From contig JAYVXN010000359.1 in the NCBI GenBank assembly GCA_043785085.1, positions 1-36,092 on the forward strand: 36,092 nt of DNA, read 5' to 3'. The translations under genes were made by a program, and so were the position numbers. Positions 1 to 9,176 of the stretch are shown here, piece after piece (position 1 is the stretch's first letter; each line of letters opens with the position of its first letter). The notes below the pieces were generated by a model. The model had not been told where the DNA came from. It did not search any database and worked only from the letters and a program-made list of their open reading frames with translations. Source of the DNA: Bdellovibrionales bacterium (GTDB taxonomy: Bacteria > Bdellovibrionota > Bdellovibrionia > Bdellovibrionales > JAMPXM01).

Positions 1-100
1 TCAGCAGCGGAATCAGGTTCGGGTGAAAGCGGGGAATTTGGACAAGATTCCAAAACCGGACCCGGGACAGAATCCCGTGGGCCGATCGCTTTTGCCAGAA

Positions 101-589
101 CTACAGCCCGAAAATCTGCCGAACTTCTTCTTCGGCAGAAAGCTCTTCGCGGCTGGTCGCGAGCGAGAGCTCCTTCAGGAGCAGGCTGCGGGCAGTGTCG
201 AGCATCTTGCGCTCACCAAAGCTCAGCTCTTTTTCAACTTTGAGAAGAAAAAGGTCGCGCAAAACTTCGGCGATTTCATAGACAGAACCCGTTTTGATTT
301 TTTCCATGTATTCGCGATAGCGGCGATTCCATGTTTGATTGTCTATTTTGACATTGGTTTCTTTAAGAATACCAATCACCTTGCCGGCTTCTTCGCGTGA
401 AATAATCGGGCGCAAACCAACTGAATCCACGTTATCCATTGGAATCATGATTTTCATCACGCTATCCAAAATCTGGATGCTATAGAAAACCTGCTTGCGG
501 CCCATGATTTCTTTAGTTTCGATCGACGTGACTTTTCCAACGCCATGACCTGGGTAAACCGCGTTGTCACCCACTTTGAAAGTCGCCAT
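101..589 (-). CDS. CarD/CdnL-family RNA-polymerase-binding transcription regulator
   Basis: 162-aa ORF. The N-terminal FKVGDNAVYPGHGVGKV matches the CarD_CdnL_TRCF signature, and the C-terminal half is helical. AGGAGG lies 7 nt upstream of the ATG. Confidence 0.9.
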   Translation of the reverse strand: MATFKVGDNAVYPGHGVGKVTSIETKEIMGRKQVFYSIQILDSVMKIMIPMDNVDSVGLRPIISREEAGKVIGILKETNVKIDNQTWNRRYREYMEKIKTGSVYEIAEVLRDLFLLKVEKELSFGERKMLDTARSLLLKELSLATSREELSAEEEVRQIFGL

Positions 590-764
590 TCAAGGACCTC
601 CTACAATTGGCAGATTGGCCGTCCGATTAAGAAAAACAGAATGTTTGCAGAATAAAAACCAATGATCACAAGGGTGAAAATCGCTGGTCTTAGTTCTGCT
701 CTCCCCATTCCGCAGCCAAAAGATCTTAAGGATCTCAAAATAAAGATCCCTTAGAAGCTGCGAT

Positions 765-793
765 GTTATAGCACTTTTGACACTGCTTATCAA
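765..793 (-). promoter_or_regulatory. Candidate sigma70-type promoter for carD (TTGATA-N17-TATAAC)
   Basis: On the minus strand, TTGATA (793-788) is followed by a 17-nt spacer and TATAAC (770-765). It sits about 175 nt upstream of the carD ATG, which implies a long leader. Sequence match only. Confidence 0.4.
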
Positions 794-857
794 ACATAAT
801 GCCGCAGATTGTCGCTTTGCGGTATTAATTACAGATGTGTCTAAGTTACAGAAAAGT

Positions 858-895
858 ATAAAAAAAGCCGCAACTCAATGAAAGTTGCGGCTTTG
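858..895 (-). terminator. Rho-independent terminator downstream of the S8 protease gene
   Basis: A 10-12 bp stem AAAGCCGCAACT / AGTTGCGGCTTT (864-875 / 883-894) encloses a 7-nt loop. A run of 7 A on the plus strand gives a U-run after the hairpin on the minus strand. It starts about 25 nt after the stop at 918. Confidence 0.8.
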
Positions 896-917
896 ATATT
901 TCAATCTTTTTCGCGAT

Positions 918-3062
918 CTATTCGACCGTCACAACCAGAGCAAACGGCTGCTTGCCATTCAGTCCCTGGGGAATATTGGTACCACGAACAACCACCTCAT
1001 AATGTCCCGCCTGCGCCTCCAACTGCACCAATTTAGTGTTATTGATATCGTCTTGGAGCTTAGTTTCCTTACCAGAGGAATCCACGATCGAAACATCCAG
1101 TTTATTGACCAAAGCTTTCGTGACGCTTGGCGAGCCTGGTGCATCGGTGTAAACCAGAGTTGCGATCAGATGCTTAGCTGCGGTCACCTGAACTGGATAG
1201 CGATGTTCTTCGCCTTGACCCAAACCAGTGGCTTCATCAAACAAAAGTGCTGTTTGCAAATTCGTGGCTTTATCCATATCGACTCGGCCATAGCCTTCAT
1301 CAGAATTTGGACGCTTCGTGAGCAACTCTTGGCCCTTGGCTTTGCCGACTTCACCAAACTGACCAGGAAACAGATCTGTGGCCGTGTGCAGGAGAACCGC
1401 TTTCACCATCGCCGCCGAAGGATTCGCAATATGCTTGGCTTTCACCAGGTACTCTCGCACCACCGTTGCCGCGCCTGCGGTCAAAGGCGTCGCCATGCTC
1501 GTACCACCGCTCCACGCATAATTGTCATTGTAAGGACCCCAGAGCGGGCTCGCGCCACTAACATGTGAGCGCACACTGAGAATATTGGTTCCTGGAGCGA
1601 CGATCTCGGGCTTGATGCGGCCATCACTGGTTGGGCCTCGTGAACTGAATGCGGCTAAGCCACCCGCATTTTCAGAAAGTGACGAACTCGCGATCGGCTC
1701 CACTCCCCATTTGGTGGTGCCGTCACGGAGATCTTTCATTTGCTTTTGAATACCACCGTTAGCAACCAGATTCTTTGAGGCGCCGACAGTCAAAACGTTT
1801 TTCGCCGTACCCGGAGTCCCAATAGTGTCGGGATCAATTCGTCCGTCCTTGTCCAAATCTGCGCCTGAGTTTCCAGCGGCAAACAGGATCAACAAATCTT
1901 GATGGTTGAACATAAATTCGTCTGCTTGTTGCGCCATTGAATCGTAAGCGCCAAAGCCGCTCGCCGCACCCCATGAGTTGGTGTGAATGCGGGCGCCGTC
2001 GTTGTACGCTTTGGTAAATAAATCACTCAAGTTTGGTGGAACAGTGAGATTACTCAACATCGGACTCCACATGCCTTCAGGAATAAATTTCGCCTTATGC
2101 GCCCCACCTTGGATTTTGCCGCCAGAAACGGCGCCGTCACTAACCACAGAACCGGCCACATGCGTGCCATGACCCATCGGATCGTCCCAGCCAGTTGCGT
2201 ACAGACCGAAAGAATAACCATGATCGACTTTGTTTTTGAAATCGCCCTGCATGGTCGTGATATCACCCGTATCAAGCCCGGTGTCTGCCATTGCCGCCGT
2301 TTGGCCTTCGCCGAAATAACCGCGCGCCCAAGCTGCGTTAAAGTTCATCACTTTGGTGCCTGGCTCATAACCGTTGAGGTCCGTGTAATCGCCAGGTGTG
2401 GCCACTGGTGCGGCAAAACCTTGATTGAAACTCATGAGTTCGATTTCGGGTTGCGGCTGCAGCCACTCCACACCTTCAAAACCAGCAATTTGATTGATTG
2501 TTTGGCGTGGCACCGTCGCCTGAATCGAACGGCCAGTCGAAGAATTCACCGCGGCGCCAGGCAGATTTTGAATCATGCTGGTGATATCAGCGTTATCTTT
2601 ATCATTGAAAAGCCGGATCAGAATTTTTTCACTTTGACTCGCCGTTAAAATACTGGCCGGGCCAAATTCTGGAGAGGCCTTCCACTGCGCAAAAAACGGA
2701 ACGACAATGCGCAGGTTTGAAAATGACTTCGCAATTGTTTGCGCCAAAAGAGGGCTCGCTTCGACCAGCAAACCATCGTCCGGAATATAGCGTAGAATTT
2801 TGGCTCCCATTGAGACGAGCTGCTGCTCGTCTGCTGGTTTGATCACGCTCGCAAACTGGACGACATAAAAATGGTACTTGTTGCTGTGCTCATTGAGTGC
2901 ATTTTTCAACCAATCTGGATTGGCTGCAAAATTAGTGCTGTGCAAAACACCTTGTTTGAATCGTAAAACATCTCCCGCCTGTGCTGCTTTTTGAAAACCG
3001 ATCACCGCGCTTAGAAGCGCAAGGCTTGCGATTGTCTTGCTCGTCAATGACATCATCTTCAT
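918..3062 (-). CDS. Secreted subtilisin-like serine protease (peptidase S8) with C-terminal beta-rich domain
   Basis: Catalytic-triad motifs are present: ADTGLD, HGTHVAGS and GGTSMATP. There is an N-terminal signal peptide (MKMMSLTSKTIASLALLSAVIGFQKAAQA). I chose the ATG at 3062 because GAGGAGGG lies 8 nt upstream; the longest ORF extends to 3089. Confidence 0.9.
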   Translation of the reverse strand: MKMMSLTSKTIASLALLSAVIGFQKAAQAGDVLRFKQGVLHSTNFAANPDWLKNALNEHSNKYHFYVVQFASVIKPADEQQLVSMGAKILRYIPDDGLLVEASPLLAQTIAKSFSNLRIVVPFFAQWKASPEFGPASILTASQSEKILIRLFNDKDNADITSMIQNLPGAAVNSSTGRSIQATVPRQTINQIAGFEGVEWLQPQPEIELMSFNQGFAAPVATPGDYTDLNGYEPGTKVMNFNAAWARGYFGEGQTAAMADTGLDTGDITTMQGDFKNKVDHGYSFGLYATGWDDPMGHGTHVAGSVVSDGAVSGGKIQGGAHKAKFIPEGMWSPMLSNLTVPPNLSDLFTKAYNDGARIHTNSWGAASGFGAYDSMAQQADEFMFNHQDLLILFAAGNSGADLDKDGRIDPDTIGTPGTAKNVLTVGASKNLVANGGIQKQMKDLRDGTTKWGVEPIASSSLSENAGGLAAFSSRGPTSDGRIKPEIVAPGTNILSVRSHVSGASPLWGPYNDNYAWSGGTSMATPLTAGAATVVREYLVKAKHIANPSAAMVKAVLLHTATDLFPGQFGEVGKAKGQELLTKRPNSDEGYGRVDMDKATNLQTALLFDEATGLGQGEEHRYPVQVTAAKHLIATLVYTDAPGSPSVTKALVNKLDVSIVDSSGKETKLQDDINNTKLVQLEAQAGHYEVVVRGTNIPQGLNGKQPFALVVTVE

Positions 3063-3420
3063 TTGGGCTACCCTCCTCAGGTCGTGCACTTAGGTTCGCA
3101 GAAAAGTGAAACACGCGTCTGGCGGGGAATAAAGTAAAAACTTGATTGAATCCTAAAGCGGAAAATGAAATGTGCAGAATTCTTTATATTCTAATGCGAC
3201 ATAGAAGCTGAGTGGCGGTCGGACTATCTTAAACTTAAATTCTTAAATAACCTGTTATTTAATTAATATACAGTCAATTAAAATTTGTACTGATGGTTTT
3301 TTATGCAGATCATCTGATGCGAAAATCGGCATAGGCCAGTCAATGGCGCCGAAATGAAATGCGACTAATGCATTTCAGCATGGCGATTCATCGCGGTCGG
3401 CTGGATTGACAATAGCTGAG

Positions 3421-3458
3421 TTTTTGCCGCACCCCTACCTCAAGCGCTGAAGTTTTTC
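3421..3458. repeat. Copy A of a 38-nt conserved intergenic motif (TTTTTGCCGCACCCCTACCTCAAGCGCTGAAGTTTTTC)
   Basis: 33/38 identical, in the same orientation, to 31577-31614. Both copies are intergenic, downstream of one minus-strand gene and upstream of the next. Confidence 0.75.
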
Positions 3459-3550
3459 GAGCGTGCGCCAAGCATCCCGGAACGTGGAACATAGGGTCAT
3501 AGCAACTCTGCGCAAATTCCAGAGCCGATAATCCGTTCAGTGCAGAATAT

Positions 3551-5713
3551 CTAGCCGACCGAAGCCAAGGAAGTTGCTCCATGGGCTTTCAGAAGTTCCT
3601 CGCGCAAATGGCGATTTTCGGCCTTGTCTAACTTTGCATCACGGCTCAGAGCTTCAAAGGCAGCTTGCCGCGCATCCTGCAGAATTTTGACGTCACGAAC
3701 GAGATTCGCCAGCTTGAATCCTGGTAATCCCGATTGACGTGTTCCTAAAAATTCACCTGGCCCGCGAATTTCTAGGTCCGCTTCGGCGATCTTAAAGCCA
3801 TCGGTCGTTTTTTCCATAATCTGCGTGCGGGCCCGAGACTCATCAGAGACCGCCTTGCCGAGCATAAGCACACAAAAACTCTTATGCTGGCCTCGACCAA
3901 CGCGGCCTCTTAACTGGTGGAGCTGCGAGAGACCGAAGCGCTCGGCGTGTTCGATGATCATGAGATTGGCATTCGGCACATCAACACCGACTTCGATGAC
4001 GGTCGTCGCCACCAGAATTTGCAATTCCTGGGCTCGAAAACGCCGCATGACTTCATCTTTTTCAGCGGGTTTCATGCGCCCGTGCAACAGACCAATGCGA
4101 TGATCAGGAAGCTCCGCTTTTAAACGTTCAAATTGCGAGATCGCATCTTTGAGATCGATTTTTTCGCTTTCTTCCACGAGCGGATAAACCACATAGGCTT
4201 GGCGGCCTTGTTTGATTTGCTCGCGCATAAACCGCATCATCTTCACGCGGGCACTCTCATAAGCGATACGGGTCACGATTGGCGAGCGGCCAACAGGCAA
4301 CTCATCAATCACTGAAACATCCAAATCACCGTAGACCGTCATGGCGAGCGTGCGCGGAATCGGTGTTGCTGTCATAATTAAAAAATGCGGTGAGACACCT
4401 TTTTGCTTCAGGCGACTGCGTTGATGGACACCAAAGCGATGTTGCTCATCGATGATGACCAGGCCAAGATTTTGAAACTCCACTGTGTCTTGGATCAGGG
4501 CGTGGGTGCCGACGCAAACCTGGATGACTCCGCGCTTGAGCAACTCACCCGTTTGTTGCTTCTCGCTGCCTTTGAGCGTGCCAGTGAGAAGGCCGACTGT
4601 GATGCCAAGCGGCTCAAGCAGGCGCTTGAAGTTTTGGTAGTGTTGTTCAGCAAGAATTTCGGTTGGGACCATCACACAGGCTTGCAGGCGATTTTGGACC
4701 GTCATTGCGGCGGCCATTAAAGCTACCATGGTTTTACCACTTCCGACATCGCCTTGGACGAGGCGATGCATGGGATGCGGCTTCGCTAAGTCATTAGCAA
4801 TTTCCGCGAACGATTTTTCCTGAGCGCCCGTCAGCTTAAATGGCAGGCTAGCCACCAGCTTTTCAACTAAGGCAAAATCTTTCGTCAATTGCGGCGCCCG
4901 TTCTTTTTTGAGTCCGGCTTTTCGCGCCGCCAGATAAAGCTCCAGCCAAAAAAATTCTTCAAAAATAATTCGGCGATGAAACGGCGAAGATAAATTAACG
5001 AACTCCTCACCCCCGTCTTTCGGCGGAACATGCACCATCTCCAAAGACTTTAAACGATCCGGAAGCTGATATTTTTCGCGCATCCATGGCGGCAGCTTTT
5101 CGATTGGCTCAGGTGGGGCCGCCTGCGCATAGGTCTTATTCCGTAGCGGCGCCTGGACCACGGCACTAGACTCTTCCTTAGCACTTCGTTTTATTTCCGA
5201 GAGCGCAAGTGCAATGAGTTTTTTAATCTGCCGATTCGTCAAACCCTCGGATTCTGGATAGACCGGCAAGAGCATATCGTCGTCGACGCCCTCGCCAGTA
5301 TCGTCTTGGATGTCCGGGTGACTAAATTCAATTTGACCCCGGTAGTGACTGACCTTGCCGATGACCCTGACCCATTGTCCGGGTTTGAACCTCTCAAAAT
5401 AGCCCTTATAGGGCACGCGAAAGTATTTGCAGTGGATTTTCCCCGAATCATCTCGCAGGGTGACATCATAGATTTTACGGGTGCTGCGTCCCATATTGAA
5501 GGAGCTGACTTTTAAGACCTGTGCTTTGAGAGAGACCAGCTCATCTGGACGTAGCGAAGCAATTGTGCGAGCAGCACGACGGTCTTCGTAGGCGCGCGGA
5601 TACCACTCGAGTAAATCTTTGACGTTTTCCACGCCTTTGGCGCGCAGGAGGTCGCCCAACTTTGGTCCAACTCCCTTTAAAAACTGTATAGGCGTGTCAA
5701 GGCGCAAATCCAT
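3551..5713 (-). CDS. recG: ATP-dependent DNA helicase RecG
   Basis: 720 aa. It has an N-terminal wedge/OB region, Walker A GDVGSGKT and the DEQH box (IIDEQHRFG), and shows typical RecG length and colinearity. Confidence 0.95.
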   Translation of the reverse strand: MDLRLDTPIQFLKGVGPKLGDLLRAKGVENVKDLLEWYPRAYEDRRAARTIASLRPDELVSLKAQVLKVSSFNMGRSTRKIYDVTLRDDSGKIHCKYFRVPYKGYFERFKPGQWVRVIGKVSHYRGQIEFSHPDIQDDTGEGVDDDMLLPVYPESEGLTNRQIKKLIALALSEIKRSAKEESSAVVQAPLRNKTYAQAAPPEPIEKLPPWMREKYQLPDRLKSLEMVHVPPKDGGEEFVNLSSPFHRRIIFEEFFWLELYLAARKAGLKKERAPQLTKDFALVEKLVASLPFKLTGAQEKSFAEIANDLAKPHPMHRLVQGDVGSGKTMVALMAAAMTVQNRLQACVMVPTEILAEQHYQNFKRLLEPLGITVGLLTGTLKGSEKQQTGELLKRGVIQVCVGTHALIQDTVEFQNLGLVIIDEQHRFGVHQRSRLKQKGVSPHFLIMTATPIPRTLAMTVYGDLDVSVIDELPVGRSPIVTRIAYESARVKMMRFMREQIKQGRQAYVVYPLVEESEKIDLKDAISQFERLKAELPDHRIGLLHGRMKPAEKDEVMRRFRAQELQILVATTVIEVGVDVPNANLMIIEHAERFGLSQLHQLRGRVGRGQHKSFCVLMLGKAVSDESRARTQIMEKTTDGFKIAEADLEIRGPGEFLGTRQSGLPGFKLANLVRDVKILQDARQAAFEALSRDAKLDKAENRHLREELLKAHGATSLASVG

Positions 5714-5771
5714 ACGATTGGCTTAACCATCTTTTCTTGGACAGTCAATTAAACCATGGCAGAATAAGGAT

Positions 5772-6707
5772 GTGGAAAATAATAAGTTTTTTCGTATTCG
5801 CGTAAATACCATTATCCCTCTGTATCCGATGACTTTCGATGTGTATATTTACTTACACGGAAAGCATGTTCATTATTTGCGCAAAGGCGATGTATTAACA
5901 AAAGAGAAATTAACCAAAATCGACCGCGCCGATATTTTCTTCGTCCGCGAAGAAGATCGCCAAGCTTACAAAGATTATATTTTTGGATGCATGAACGAGG
6001 CCAGCCTTGATCCAATCACCAAAGCGCATATTCTTCGCGACAGCTCGCAAACTCTCGCCGAAGAAATTTTCGAACAGCCGGATGTCGAACGCGCCCTCAA
6101 TGATTCAAAAGAAGTGATCAATCAATTCATCGAATTCATGGAACAAGAACCAATGGGCATGGCCCATCTGATTTCTCTCTCAAGCCATGATTACTATACC
6201 TACAATCACTCACTCGATGTCGGCGTGTATTCATTGGGCCTTGGTGCCGTCGCCGGCTTCACCAAAGAAGATTTGCTTGAACTGGGCCGCGGAGCCCTTT
6301 TTCACGACATCGGCAAACGCAATGTTGCAGTCGAAATTATTTGTAAAAATGGCCCACTCAACGATGTTGAGTGGGCGCAAATGCAAAAACATCCGCAATA
6401 CGGCTTAAAAATTTTAACCGAATATCAATGTTCCGAAGCCATGAAAGCCTGCTGCTTTGAACATCACGAAAGTTTCTTAGGAAACGGCTACCCGCAACAA
6501 CTCACCGGTGCCGAAATCCATCCGATGGCCCGTATCGTCGCCATCACCGATTGCTTCGACGCCATGACCACCAAGCGTTCCTATAACAAGCCCATGACTC
6601 CACACGACGCTCTGGAATTCATGACCACAAAACTAGCCGGTAAATTCGACGCTGATCTGCTCAACGCCATGTACAACGTTCTTTTTAAAATGAAGAAGAC
6701 GGCCTAA
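5772..6707 (+). CDS. HD-GYP domain cyclic-di-GMP phosphodiesterase-type protein
   Basis: HD motif (LFHDIGK) and HHESFLGNGYP (HD-GYP signature). The start is a GTG at 5772 and is uncertain. Confidence 0.85.
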   Translation: MENNKFFRIRVNTIIPLYPMTFDVYIYLHGKHVHYLRKGDVLTKEKLTKIDRADIFFVREEDRQAYKDYIFGCMNEASLDPITKAHILRDSSQTLAEEIFEQPDVERALNDSKEVINQFIEFMEQEPMGMAHLISLSSHDYYTYNHSLDVGVYSLGLGAVAGFTKEDLLELGRGALFHDIGKRNVAVEIICKNGPLNDVEWAQMQKHPQYGLKILTEYQCSEAMKACCFEHHESFLGNGYPQQLTGAEIHPMARIVAITDCFDAMTTKRSYNKPMTPHDALEFMTTKLAGKFDADLLNAMYNVLFKMKKTA

Positions 6708-6715
6708 CTATCCCG

Positions 6716-7630
6716 CTACTGCCCACTCATAATTTCTTGCAGGCCCCCGGCATAATTCCCTGCCTTACCATATCCCAGGGCCACCAGCGCCATGGTCACT
6801 GCCGCAGACTTGACCCCGTCTTCGCCAATCACAATAATTCGTTGCGTGGGCAAAACTCCAAGGTTGCGGAGTTGCTCCGCCATCGCCGGATTAGCCCTTC
6901 CCGTCTGGAGAAAGAATTCTTTCCATTCGATATTAATGGCGCCCATGTTCGGCACGGGTTTCAACAGACCTAAACCTTCTTTGTTGAGATACTCCCGTGG
7001 CGATCTGACATCAATGATCCGATAGCTGCGGGCGGTTTCGGCGTTCTTAAAGGCCGTTGATTTATACACGCCGCCGCCGTTGACAACCTTCATCAGTTCG
7101 TCTTTTTTGACCAAGAGTGATTCGACGATATCAGGTTGCCACGGACTCGCATTGTGCGGTGGTTGCGGCGTGATATTCGTGACGGGTCCTTTGAAATAAC
7201 TAATAGCCGCAAAATGAACATTTTTAACACCCAAGTATTTCAGCATCCAGGCAATGCGGCCTTCTTCGCCATTTCCCTTAACGCCATCTCCGACGACAAC
7301 GATCGACGACTCTGGCGTAATGCCCATTAGAGCCAGGCGGCGCGTGAGCGCGTACAAATCCGGTTGCAAACGACCTTTGACCTCGTCAGCGGCCTCAGTG
7401 AAATCATTCCACTGCATACTGATTGAACCCGGAAAATGGAATGAAGCGTATTCATAGCTAGACCTGGCGTCGATGATGATGCTGTCTTTGCTTAGGACCA
7501 GGGGTTTTGAAAGGTCTTCGACCGGCGTCAGTAAGCGTACTGGCGTTTCAATGATTTTCGTACTGGGCGTTTGGCACGCGGTCAAACATAAGCACAAACC
7601 CAAAATTCCGATGATAAAGCGTAATGACAT
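6716..7630 (-). CDS. Tandem rhodanese-domain lipoprotein (thiosulfate sulfurtransferase-like, no catalytic Cys)
   Basis: Lipobox LCLTAC, followed by two rhodanese-homology domains. The active-site loop positions read VVVGDGVKG and IIVIGEDGVKS. The start ATG overlaps the lysS stop (TAATG). Confidence 0.8.
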   Translation of the reverse strand: MSLRFIIGILGLCLCLTACQTPSTKIIETPVRLLTPVEDLSKPLVLSKDSIIIDARSSYEYASFHFPGSISMQWNDFTEAADEVKGRLQPDLYALTRRLALMGITPESSIVVVGDGVKGNGEEGRIAWMLKYLGVKNVHFAAISYFKGPVTNITPQPPHNASPWQPDIVESLLVKKDELMKVVNGGGVYKSTAFKNAETARSYRIIDVRSPREYLNKEGLGLLKPVPNMGAINIEWKEFFLQTGRANPAMAEQLRNLGVLPTQRIIVIGEDGVKSAAVTMALVALGYGKAGNYAGGLQEIMSGQ

Positions 7631-9156
7631 TATTTAAACTTCATCGTCGGGAATAAAATAATATCCCGAATGCTCGATTGATTCGTCAAAAGCATCACTA
7701 TGCGCTCAACTCCGAGACCGACCCCTCCGGTCGGCGGCATGCCGACATCAATGGCGTGTACGAAATCTTCATCCATCGGCTGTGCTTCCTCATCAACCAC
7801 ACGCCTAGCTTCTTGTTCTTTAAAACGCTCCAGCTGATCCTCGGGATCATTGAGCTCAGAATAGGCATTACCTAATTCCATATGCGCACACATCGGCTCA
7901 AAGCGCTCAACTAGGCCAGCGGCCGTGCGATGCTTTTTTGTCAATGGCGAAATCTCAACCGGAAAGTCCATGATAAAGGTGGGCTGCCACAAATGTTGTT
8001 CACAGCTGAGTTCAAAAATTTCCATGATCATCACACCACGGTTATCTGGCTTATCCATATCTGAGCCAAGCTCTTTGCATTTTTTAAAGAGCATTTCTTC
8101 GGTCATACCTTCAACATCAAAGCCGGCATACTCGCGAATGCCGTCGTAAACAGTGAGACGGCGCCACGGTGGTGCGAAATCGATTTCTTTACCTTGGTAT
8201 ATGACTTTGGTGCTGCCGGTGACCGTCTTCGCCAGGTGCGCGACCATATCTTCAAATTGTTTCATTTGATAAATATAATCGGTATAGGCCTCGTACCACT
8301 CCAGCATCGTGAACTCAGGATTGTGGGTGCGATCAATCCCTTCATTGCGAAAGTTCTTGTTGATCTCATAGACCTTTTCAAAACCGCCGACGATCAAGCG
8401 CTTGAGGTAAAGTTCGGGGCTGATCTTTAAAAAAAGCTTCATATCGAGCGCGCGATGATGGGTCGAAAACGGATAAGCGGCTGCGCCTCCGTAAACCGGT
8501 TGCAGCATTGGCGTGTCGACTTCCATAAAGCCGCGCGCATCGAGAAATTTGCGGATTTCGCGAATGATCAAAGAGCGCGTTTGGAATACTTTGCGTGAGT
8601 CCTCATCGGTGATCAAATCCAGGTGCCGATAGCGATAGCGAATTTCGGTATCGGTCAGCCCATGGAATTTTTCCGGCAAAGGCTCAAGCGTTTTACACAA
8701 CATCTTGAATTCACGGCAGTGAATACTCAACTCACCTTTTTTGGTGCGAAACGGAAAGCCGGTGATGCCAACAAAATCACCAATATCCAAATGTTCAAAG
8801 GCAATGCGATCAGGCTCAGAGAGCTCTTCGGTTTTCAAGTAAGCTTGAATCAAACCACTGCCATCTTGAATATTGAAGAACGCTGCCTTGCCCATCGGGC
8901 GTTTGGTCATCAAGCGGCCTGCGAGGCGAAACAGCTGTCCGTCTGACGCCTCTCCAGTTTGCAAAGATTCAAAATCACCGCGAATTTTTTCAGTCGTCGC
9001 GGTCCGATCGAAAGTATGGGGAAACGGATCGATCCCGGCTTTCTTTAATTCATGAAGCTTGCGCCGCTTTTCAGCGCGAAGTGGATTTTCTCTTTGAACT
9101 TCAGTGTGCCCTGCAGTTTGCGCTTCATTTTGTCCGTCATTTACATCCGTTGCCAT
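7630..9156 (-). CDS. lysS: Lysine--tRNA ligase (class II)
   Basis: 508 aa. An N-terminal OB anticodon-binding region is followed by the class II core (FRNEGIDRTHNPEFTMLE and GGVGLGVERIVMLL). Confidence 0.95.
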   Translation of the reverse strand: MATDVNDGQNEAQTAGHTEVQRENPLRAEKRRKLHELKKAGIDPFPHTFDRTATTEKIRGDFESLQTGEASDGQLFRLAGRLMTKRPMGKAAFFNIQDGSGLIQAYLKTEELSEPDRIAFEHLDIGDFVGITGFPFRTKKGELSIHCREFKMLCKTLEPLPEKFHGLTDTEIRYRYRHLDLITDEDSRKVFQTRSLIIREIRKFLDARGFMEVDTPMLQPVYGGAAAYPFSTHHRALDMKLFLKISPELYLKRLIVGGFEKVYEINKNFRNEGIDRTHNPEFTMLEWYEAYTDYIYQMKQFEDMVAHLAKTVTGSTKVIYQGKEIDFAPPWRRLTVYDGIREYAGFDVEGMTEEMLFKKCKELGSDMDKPDNRGVMIMEIFELSCEQHLWQPTFIMDFPVEISPLTKKHRTAAGLVERFEPMCAHMELGNAYSELNDPEDQLERFKEQEARRVVDEEAQPMDEDFVHAIDVGMPPTGGVGLGVERIVMLLTNQSSIRDIILFPTMKFK

Positions 9157-9176
9157 TCTCTTCTATCCCTTCAAAA

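Noticed and set aside
23-400. 125-aa plus-strand ORF, together with the many other 60-190-aa ORFs in the track that lie antisense to or inside large genes (e.g. 1002-1568, 2097-2648, 4403-4720, 8623-8946, 17308-17676, 20260-20817, 20280-20792, 32724-33221).
   Set aside because: All are embedded in confidently identified genes (carD, S8 protease, recG, lysS, secD, queA, LysM protein). They have low-complexity or Arg/Ser/Cys-rich shadow-frame composition, no SD and no recognisable motifs.
718-751. Three GATC-containing segments in the putative carD leader that can form mutually exclusive hairpins, the second followed by UUUU (attenuator-like).
   Set aside because: The stems are only 5-6 bp, AU-rich, and arise trivially from the palindromic GATC core. 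This is too weak to call a regulatory structure without conservation data.
3270-3282. 13-mer ACAGTCAATTAAA, repeated at 5741-5753 (both intergenic, flanking recG).
   Set aside because: Roughly 10-20 exact 13-mer coincidences are expected by chance in a window this size when both strands are counted. The flanks show no further similarity.
3524-3531. GCCGATAA, identical to the sigma28/FliA -10 element, downstream of recG.
   Set aside because: There is no TAAA -35 element at the required 15-nt spacing. The orientation would drive transcription antisense into recG.
3388-3582. 64-aa minus-strand ORF overlapping the 3' end of recG and covering motif copy A.
   Set aside because: It overlaps the recG stop region in another frame, has no SD and has odd composition. 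The conserved 38-nt motif at copy B is not in any comparable ORF, so the conservation is at the nucleotide level, not coding.
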